A stretch of DNA of 64,000 nt, taken from Vicinamibacterales bacterium (lineage in GTDB: Bacteria; Acidobacteriota; Vicinamibacteria; Vicinamibacterales; JAMQPK01). The first letter of the stretch is position 1; each line of letters starts with the position of its first letter. Below, piece after piece: positions 58,394 to 64,000 of the stretch. The notes below the pieces were generated by a model. That model was given only the letters and a program-made list of their open reading frames with translations, ran no database searches and was not told the DNA's origin. The DNA is taken from the NCBI GenBank assembly GCA_963782595.1, contig CAWAKJ010000002.1, positions 451,274-515,273 on the forward strand, in the 5' to 3' direction. The position numbers and the translations under genes are program-made.

Positions 58394-60028
58394 ATGTCGC
58401 AGCAGCCACGGCTACGCCTCCGCCTGCTGCTCTGTCTTCTTCTCTGTCTCGCCCATGGTCCCCTCGCTGGCTGGGAGGAGGGGATTCGATTTGCGGACGT
58501 GACCAATCAGGCGGGGTTGCGCTCACCGCTCGAAGGCATGATGGCGCATGCCGCCGCGTGGGGCGATATCGACGGAGACGGGGATGCCGACCTGTTCGTA
58601 GGAGGTTTTGCCGATCGGCCCGACAGAGATTACCTGCCAGCACCGGGTCCCGTTTCTAATCGACTGTTTCGCAATCTCTCCAACGGTCGATTTGAGCAGA
58701 TTGCGAGCCCGGCCGTCGAGCTCCATGGGCGCACCAGTGGCGCGGTACTCGTCGATCTGGACAATGACGGGATGCTCGATCTGTTCGTTGCCAACAACGC
58801 GCGATCGTCCAGCCGGCTGCCGTCCAGCCTGCAGCGAGAGGCGCAGCTCCGACGCCCGTCGCTTTTTCGTAACGATCGCGGCAGATTTGTCGATGTCAGC
58901 GCCGCCAGCGGAGGATGTCTGACAGCCGCCGGTGCGGCGAGGAGCATCGGCGTTCTCGACTACGACGGCGATGGCGCGCTGGACCTGATGGTTCTCGAAG
59001 ATCGCTTTGGTTCAAGCCCGCACAGCAGGCTTTGTCGCAACCAGGGAGCGTTCAGCTTTGCCGACGTCACGGCCGAGGTCGGACTCCCGACTGATCTCTT
59101 TGGTCTGGCACTCGCGATTGCGGACATCAATGATGACGGTCGGCCAGATATCTTCGTCAGTCATAGCAATCGCCTGTTCATGAGTACCAGGGACGGAAAA
59201 TATGTCGAACCGGCGGGCTCTAAAGCGGCACTTGCCTGGAAGCCGCTGGATTCGGAAGACTGGCCCGCCGGCGCCGTTTTCGCCGATCTGAATCGTGACA
59301 GTCGTGCGGATCTCATTGTTGGCCTCCATCACCGGCGGGCGCGCAATCGGGTGTACCTGAACGAAGGCCTCCAGGGTGACGTGCCTGTCTTCCGCGACGT
59401 ATCCGCTGAAGTCGGCCTGCCTGCGCAGCTGAACACAAAGTCGCCCCACGTCGAGGTGCAGGACTTCGACAACGACGGATGGCCGGATCTGTATTTTTCC
59501 GCTGCATGGCTGAACGCCCAGGGGGCTGTCACGCCCCTCATATTCAGAAATGTCGGCGTCGAAGGTGGTATCCCGCGATTTCAGCCACTGCAGGAGATCT
59601 CGAACGACCAGCCGCACGCGTATTTTCCAGCGGGACCGTCAGCCGACTATGACGGTGACGGCAGAATCGACCTCTTCCTGGCCAACTGGTTCGCCGGCAA
59701 CCACTCGCGCCTGCTGAGAAACGTCAGCCCTCCGAATCGGTGGCTCGAGATACGAGTGGTGGGACGAACCGCGAACCGGATGGGGATTGGCGCAAAGGTT
59801 CGCGTCTACAAGGCAGGAGAGCTGAATCGCAAAGCCGGTCTACTGGGATTTCAGGAAATCGGAACCGGCTATGGCTTTGGCAGTGGGCAGACTGCGAGGA
59901 CGCACTTCGGCGTGGGAAGCGCGGAAGCCGTTGACGTGTCGATAGTGTTCCCGAGTGGCTCCGTCACCGACGTGAGAGGTGTCCAGACCAATCGGCAACT
60001 CACAGTTGACGAAGTCGGAAGACCTTGA
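58394..60028 (+). CDS. CRTAC1-family protein (FG-GAP/VCBS repeats plus UnbV/ASPIC C-terminal domain)
   Basis: 545 aa from ATG 58394 (MSQQPRLRLRLLLCLLLCLAHG). FG-GAP-type repeats are AAWGDIDGDGDADLFVGG, LVDLDNDGMLDLFVAN, VLDYDGDGALDLMV, IADINDDGRPDIFV and DFDNDGWPDLYF. The UnbV_ASPIC-like end reads RWLEIRVVGRTANRMGIGAKVRVY...GYGFGSGQ. The supplied start at 57989 overlaps the previous gene in another frame. Confidence 0.8.
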   Translation: MSQQPRLRLRLLLCLLLCLAHGPLAGWEEGIRFADVTNQAGLRSPLEGMMAHAAAWGDIDGDGDADLFVGGFADRPDRDYLPAPGPVSNRLFRNLSNGRFEQIASPAVELHGRTSGAVLVDLDNDGMLDLFVANNARSSSRLPSSLQREAQLRRPSLFRNDRGRFVDVSAASGGCLTAAGAARSIGVLDYDGDGALDLMVLEDRFGSSPHSRLCRNQGAFSFADVTAEVGLPTDLFGLALAIADINDDGRPDIFVSHSNRLFMSTRDGKYVEPAGSKAALAWKPLDSEDWPAGAVFADLNRDSRADLIVGLHHRRARNRVYLNEGLQGDVPVFRDVSAEVGLPAQLNTKSPHVEVQDFDNDGWPDLYFSAAWLNAQGAVTPLIFRNVGVEGGIPRFQPLQEISNDQPHAYFPAGPSADYDGDGRIDLFLANWFAGNHSRLLRNVSPPNRWLEIRVVGRTANRMGIGAKVRVYKAGELNRKAGLLGFQEIGTGYGFGSGQTARTHFGVGSAEAVDVSIVFPSGSVTDVRGVQTNRQLTVDEVGRP

Positions 60029-60162
60029 AGTCCTGAGCGTTTCATTTCGCGGACGTTCCACCGCGACAACCACTCGACAGTCTCTGCGAGTGTGATGGTG
60101 CCGACGCCAGTCGGCAAAAAAACACCGCGTACACCCGTAAAGCATTCTCAAACACGTCTCGA

Positions 60163-60180
60163 TATGTTCGGTATGTTCGG
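60163..60180 (+). repeat. Tandem 9-bp direct repeat ATGTTCGGT x2 upstream of the G8 gene
   Basis: ATGTTCGGTATGTTCGGT at 60163-60180. It is followed by TTCTTACTTCTAC, which resembles the ACTT heptads, and by the SD AGGAGG before ATG 60208. Confidence 0.6.
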
Positions 60181-60207
60181 TTTCTTACTTCTACGCCAGG
60201 AGGTCCG

Positions 60208-62613
60208 ATGGCCGCTGAGTACTCCCTGCATTCGCCATCCTGCGCGCTGAAGCGTGCAGATATGGGACTGTCCTTCGCAATCGTCGTGTCGCTTAGCGCG
60301 ATACTGTGCACTGCAACCTCTTTATACGCGGCGCCGGCGGTGACGGCGCGCAGCGGCGATTGGACCAACCCGGCGACATGGGGCGGCACGCCGCCACTCC
60401 CGCAAGAGCCGGCAGAAATCGCAGCCGGACACATCGTGACCTTCGATGCACCGTCGGCCGAGGTGGCGAACCTCACTGTGCGTGGCACGCTGCGCGTCGC
60501 GCGCGATCGCTCGACACAGCTCGCTGTGCGCTGCAATCTGATCGTCTATGGCGTGCTCGACATGGGCCGCAAGGGCGACGAAATCCCGAAACACGTGACA
60601 CATAACCTGGTCTTCAAACTCACTCAGGCGAAGGCCGCGGCCTTCGTCGGTGGTGCGCACTTTGCGGCCACTGATTGCGGGCTGTGGGCGATGGGCCGCT
60701 TCGATGCACATGGCGCGTTGCTGACGCGGGCGTGGGGCAAGCTGAACGGTGACGTGGCGGCAGGTGCGACAAAAGTGACTGTCGATGGCGACGTGAGCGA
60801 TTGGCCGGTCGGTAGTCAGATCGTGCTGACGCAGACGGCCGACGGTCTGATCCACTCGGTTGCTTCAGGCGCGAATCGTTACACCTCGCGAAATTCCGAG
60901 GCAGAGTATCTGACGATTGCAGCCGTCCAGGGTTCGACCCTTACGCTGACCACGGCCACACGCTTCGCACACAGTGGCAAGGCACCGTTTCGTGGCGAAG
61001 TCGGCCTCATGACGCGAAACGTCACGATTTCTACCGAGCTCGAAGGCGCGACGAACATCGCGACCGATGTCCGGGTGCGGAAGTTTGCGCACGTCATGTT
61101 CATGCCGACCTCGCATGGCGATGGCAGCACCATCACGCATAGCGGAGGGGCGAGCGGAAATATCGAGTACATCGCGTTTCGTCACATGGGGCACTACGGC
61201 AAGCTTGGTCGTTACGCGCTGCACTATCACCGATTGGGGAATGGCAGCCGGGGCATGCAGGTACGGGGAGTCTCGTGGTTCCAGAGCGGCTTTCGCTGCA
61301 CGAATATCCACGAGTCGAATGGGATGACCGTTGAGGATACCGTGTGTGTGAATCCCGGCAATGGGGCCGCCCACTTCGTGGAGGTCGACGAGCCTACGCA
61401 ACAGGCGGATTCGGTCTTCGTACACAACCTGGTCACCAATACGACGCCTCAGCATTTTTCCGACCGCAACAATTCGAGTCTCACTGGCGAACGCCTACGT
61501 AAAGCCACGGGGTTCTGGCCGGGCGCGTCCGAGCACGAGGCGCACCTCGGCAATGTCAGCGCGGGGCCGTCCCTGGACAAGGCGGACGCCACGGGGTACC
61601 ACTGGCCCGAAGATCACACCAGCACCAATGGGACGATCGCGCGCGTGTTTGTCGCCAACGAAGCGCACAGTCACACGTTTGTGGGCTTTCACAGCTGGCA
61701 GAACAAGGATCGCGGGCACGATCTCGTTGGCATCAGCGCGTGGGGCAACAGCGATGGGTTTCTCCAGGGCGCGTACATATTCGAGCTGGCGATTTACAAC
61801 GCGCTGTTCGCACGGCAGCGAGTCGGCTATCGCCTCTCGACGACCTTCGGACTCGTGCAGGACTCGACGTTCATCGGACGCGGCGCGGGGGGCACACGGC
61901 TGATTAACGCGGCCGACAACGGCATCCAGTTCGGCAACTACAGCATTCAGCCGCACCCTTGGAAGGGCTCACGGTATCTGCGCAATACGTTCCGCGATCT
62001 GACTCCGGACACGGCGGGCCGCAAAGGCGTGGCCATCTGGCGCGACGCCGACAAATGCACAAGTGCCGCCGATGAGCTGAACTGGCCGGCTCGTTACTGC
62101 TCGTCGTCCTTCCCACGTCTCGCGCAGAATACGTTCGGGCCGGACGTGCATCCGTACCGCTTCGGCTGGATGGATGGACCGCGGCCGTTTTACCCGAATG
62201 TCAACAGTTTCTGGCTCGACTACGACCGGAAACTCATTCTCCTGCGCAAGGATCAGAAGACGCCACAGGGGCAGTTTCCGCCGAAACTCGTGAATGCCTC
62301 CTCCTTCTACGACTCCGTCGCCGACGCACTGGCGACGCCATTCTCGGCGCTGCCCTCGAGCATCACTTTCACCAAGCTGCTCGACTATCGAAACAGGGCA
62401 TATCCGGATGTCACACTGCAGTTTGATTACAATCCGCCACCTTCGGTGAGCCTGACGACTGAACTGAGCGGGACACAGCTCAGGATGACAGCGGCGGCCA
62501 GCTCGGATACGCAGCGTGTCGAGTTCTGGGTCGATTGGGTGCTGGTTGCTACCGACAGGACGGCACCGTTCGAGGCGGTGATCGATATCTCGCGTCTGGC
62601 TCAGTACCGGTGA
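60208..62613 (+). CDS. G8-domain / right-handed beta-helix protein with C-terminal Ig-like domain (secreted glycan-active enzyme candidate)
   Basis: 801 aa. GDWTNPATWGGTPPLPQEPAEIAAGHIVTFDAPSAEVANLTVRGTLRV is a G8-type opening. It is followed by beta-helix-like repeats and an Ig-like end (TQRVEFWVDWVLVATDRTAPFEAVIDIS). A strong SD is present. Confidence 0.75.
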   Translation: MAAEYSLHSPSCALKRADMGLSFAIVVSLSAILCTATSLYAAPAVTARSGDWTNPATWGGTPPLPQEPAEIAAGHIVTFDAPSAEVANLTVRGTLRVARDRSTQLAVRCNLIVYGVLDMGRKGDEIPKHVTHNLVFKLTQAKAAAFVGGAHFAATDCGLWAMGRFDAHGALLTRAWGKLNGDVAAGATKVTVDGDVSDWPVGSQIVLTQTADGLIHSVASGANRYTSRNSEAEYLTIAAVQGSTLTLTTATRFAHSGKAPFRGEVGLMTRNVTISTELEGATNIATDVRVRKFAHVMFMPTSHGDGSTITHSGGASGNIEYIAFRHMGHYGKLGRYALHYHRLGNGSRGMQVRGVSWFQSGFRCTNIHESNGMTVEDTVCVNPGNGAAHFVEVDEPTQQADSVFVHNLVTNTTPQHFSDRNNSSLTGERLRKATGFWPGASEHEAHLGNVSAGPSLDKADATGYHWPEDHTSTNGTIARVFVANEAHSHTFVGFHSWQNKDRGHDLVGISAWGNSDGFLQGAYIFELAIYNALFARQRVGYRLSTTFGLVQDSTFIGRGAGGTRLINAADNGIQFGNYSIQPHPWKGSRYLRNTFRDLTPDTAGRKGVAIWRDADKCTSAADELNWPARYCSSSFPRLAQNTFGPDVHPYRFGWMDGPRPFYPNVNSFWLDYDRKLILLRKDQKTPQGQFPPKLVNASSFYDSVADALATPFSALPSSITFTKLLDYRNRAYPDVTLQFDYNPPPSVSLTTELSGTQLRMTAAASSDTQRVEFWVDWVLVATDRTAPFEAVIDISRLAQYR

Positions 62614-62641
62614 CATCCTGCCGGCCCGACGATGGGCGTAC

Positions 62642-63859
62642 GTGTACGCAAGGGCGTTCGATGGCGTGTTCATCAACAGGCAAAATCCAACTGATGCGGG
62701 TTACGAGCAGCGGGCATACTCGGCCATTGTCGAGCTGACGCCCGAGGCGCGACGTCAGGGTCTGACGTCATCGTTCGTCGCCGCACCGCAATCAGTCGCC
62801 GCCGGCGGCGAGAGTCGTGCGTTGGGAGTCCCGCAGGCCGATTCGTGGTCGCCGTCTGCGACGGCTCCCAGTGCAGGTGCTGTGAATTTCGGTGCGTTCG
62901 CGGTCGTGACCGCGGAAGAGGCACATCTGAAGCTCGCGCCTGTGTTCAGTGGTGTGGCACGGCCCTCAGACCTTGCGTTCGCAGCCGATGGCTCGATCTT
63001 CGTCGCTGAACGCGCGGGCAAGGTCCGCCTCGTTCGAAAAGGTGTTCCGGTCGGGACGCTCGCGTTGGATGTTTCGAGTGAAGTCAGCGAGCCGGGAGGG
63101 GGTTTGCTGGCGATTGCGATCGCCCCGAAGTTCGAGGCAACCGGGATGATGTACGTTCTGTACGCGGCCGACATGCCGCGTGGCGGGCGGGAGTTCGTGC
63201 TTGCACGTGTTCGTTACGTCAATGGCGTCTTTGGCGAACGTGCTGTTCTGCTGCGGACGCCCATGTCAACGGAAACCGCGACTGGCGCGCTGCGAGTCGG
63301 TCCGGATGGGAAGCTGTACGTGGCACTCGCCAGCTCTGCCGGCGATCCCCTTGACGAAAGCGCGGCGACCTATAGCGGCAAAGTGCTGCGTCTGAATCTC
63401 GACGGCACGACACCGGACGATCAGCCGCGTTCCACGCCTGTTTTTTCGACTGAGCATCCGCAGCCCCACGCCCTCGACTGGCAGCCAGCGACCGGGGACC
63501 TGTGGGTCCTCGACAGGATTGGAACAGACAGCGGCCGATTGAGCGTCATCCCCGCCAACGCGGGGCGCGAAAGCAACACGTCCCGCACGTCGTACGCGCT
63601 GCCGCCGGCGACCGGTCCAACGTCTGCCGCATTCTATCGAAGCAATGTGATTTCGATCTTCAAGGACAACCTGTTCATCGCTGCTGAAAGCGGACGCGAA
63701 CTGCTGCGTCTGCGCTTCGACCCGGACAACCCCTCACGTGTGATCTCGACGGAACGCCTGTTGAAGGATCAAATCGGGACCTTGCGCGTCGTGGCCGAAG
63801 GCAGGGATGGCGCTTTGTATGTTGGCACAGACAGCGGACTGTATCGGCTGGAGCCGTGA
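62642..63859 (+). CDS. PQQ-dependent sugar dehydrogenase-like (glucose/sorbosone dehydrogenase) beta-propeller; may be the frameshifted continuation of 60208..62613
   Basis: LKLAPVFSGVARPSDLAFAADGSIFVAERAGKVRLV...GGLLAIAIAPKFEATGMMYVLY...GKLYVALA...GKVLRLNLDGTTPDDQP matches the SGDH propeller. There is no signal peptide or SD. The frame is open from 62582, inside the end of the previous gene. Confidence 0.7.
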   Translation: MYARAFDGVFINRQNPTDAGYEQRAYSAIVELTPEARRQGLTSSFVAAPQSVAAGGESRALGVPQADSWSPSATAPSAGAVNFGAFAVVTAEEAHLKLAPVFSGVARPSDLAFAADGSIFVAERAGKVRLVRKGVPVGTLALDVSSEVSEPGGGLLAIAIAPKFEATGMMYVLYAADMPRGGREFVLARVRYVNGVFGERAVLLRTPMSTETATGALRVGPDGKLYVALASSAGDPLDESAATYSGKVLRLNLDGTTPDDQPRSTPVFSTEHPQPHALDWQPATGDLWVLDRIGTDSGRLSVIPANAGRESNTSRTSYALPPATGPTSAAFYRSNVISIFKDNLFIAAESGRELLRLRFDPDNPSRVISTERLLKDQIGTLRVVAEGRDGALYVGTDSGLYRLEP

Positions 63860-64000
63860 TCGATTTGCCCACGGCTCCGCCCTTTCAATGTCGAACGGGA
63901 TGCCTTGGTCGATCTGAGGGCTGCGGGCGGGAAAGCCTGACGCGTCAGGCTCGGCCGGAAGAGGTGGCGTTGGCCAAATCCTTGATCGCATTGGCGGCGA

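Noticed and set aside
63945-64000. Possible 3' end of a reverse-strand gene (...AANAIKDLANATSSGRA-stop) with the stop inside the palindrome GCCTGACGCGTCAGGC
   Set aside because: Only 18 codons are visible, which is too little to call a gene. The palindrome (63935-63950) is noted, but its role cannot be judged at the window edge.

Overview
A 64-kb, densely packed, high-GC bacterial chromosomal segment. The 60-nt lines I hand-counted in ordinary genes gave about 65-75% G+C. The gene content includes CarboxypepD_reg-type TonB receptors, a DUF1592/DUF1552 pair, CRTAC1/FG-GAP, NHL and PQQ-like propellers, G8 and DNRLRE domains, and many Sec/Tat-exported enzymes. That mix resembles Acidobacteriota-like soil bacteria, but this is inference only. 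I can support about 45 protein genes. I recognised no rRNA, tRNA, CRISPR array, transposase or integrase.

Main blocks:
- 1-10.9 kb: sensor/propeller genes, then a heavy-metal two-component system with a CzcCBA-type RND efflux operon and a small SEC-C protein.
- 11-21 kb: a bicupin/MBL/TonB-receptor operon, an SDR-DCC pair opposite a TetR gene, a PAL-like NHL propeller and a Tat-exported TIM-barrel isomerase.
- 21-28.6 kb: a wHTH glycine-zipper membrane regulator, a KNTase-like nucleotidyltransferase overlapping a UvrA-family gene, then YjbQ coupled to a B12-radical SAM enzyme.
- 28.5-29.8 kb: a lower-GC islet with a SAP-like protein and an HNH remnant.
- 29.8-35.1 kb: PPC/DUF296, a nucleoside-hydrolase-like gene with a Q10 tract, and DUF1592/DUF1552.
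- 35-43.6 kb: a GH13 enzyme, a low-GC orphan, an esterase, and a TetR gene with an LplT-Aas fusion.
- 43.6-64 kb: mostly secreted or exported enzymes, including a 1217-aa multidomain metallophosphoesterase and a propeller/CRTAC1/G8/sugar-dehydrogenase run.

I did not find a clear new multi-gene system. The observations most worth a second look are:
- Intergenic elements built from short cores repeated with strict 7- or 8-nt phase (ACTT/AAGT heptads, AGGAG/CTCCT octads). Some are mirrored into long imperfect hairpins at gene ends. A GGGCGGGTCTTG hairpin family also occurs in both orientations.
- Frame breaks are strikingly non-random. About 12 fall in DUF1592, 4 in DUF1552 and 3 in a TonB receptor, with 1 each in an AraC gene, a pyruvyl transferase and possibly the G8/dehydrogenase junction. 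Five genes of 2.4-3.7 kb are intact.
- An overlapping nucleotidyltransferase/UvrA-paralogue pair.
- Two low-GC orphan genes.

All family assignments come from reading motifs by eye. No searches were run.
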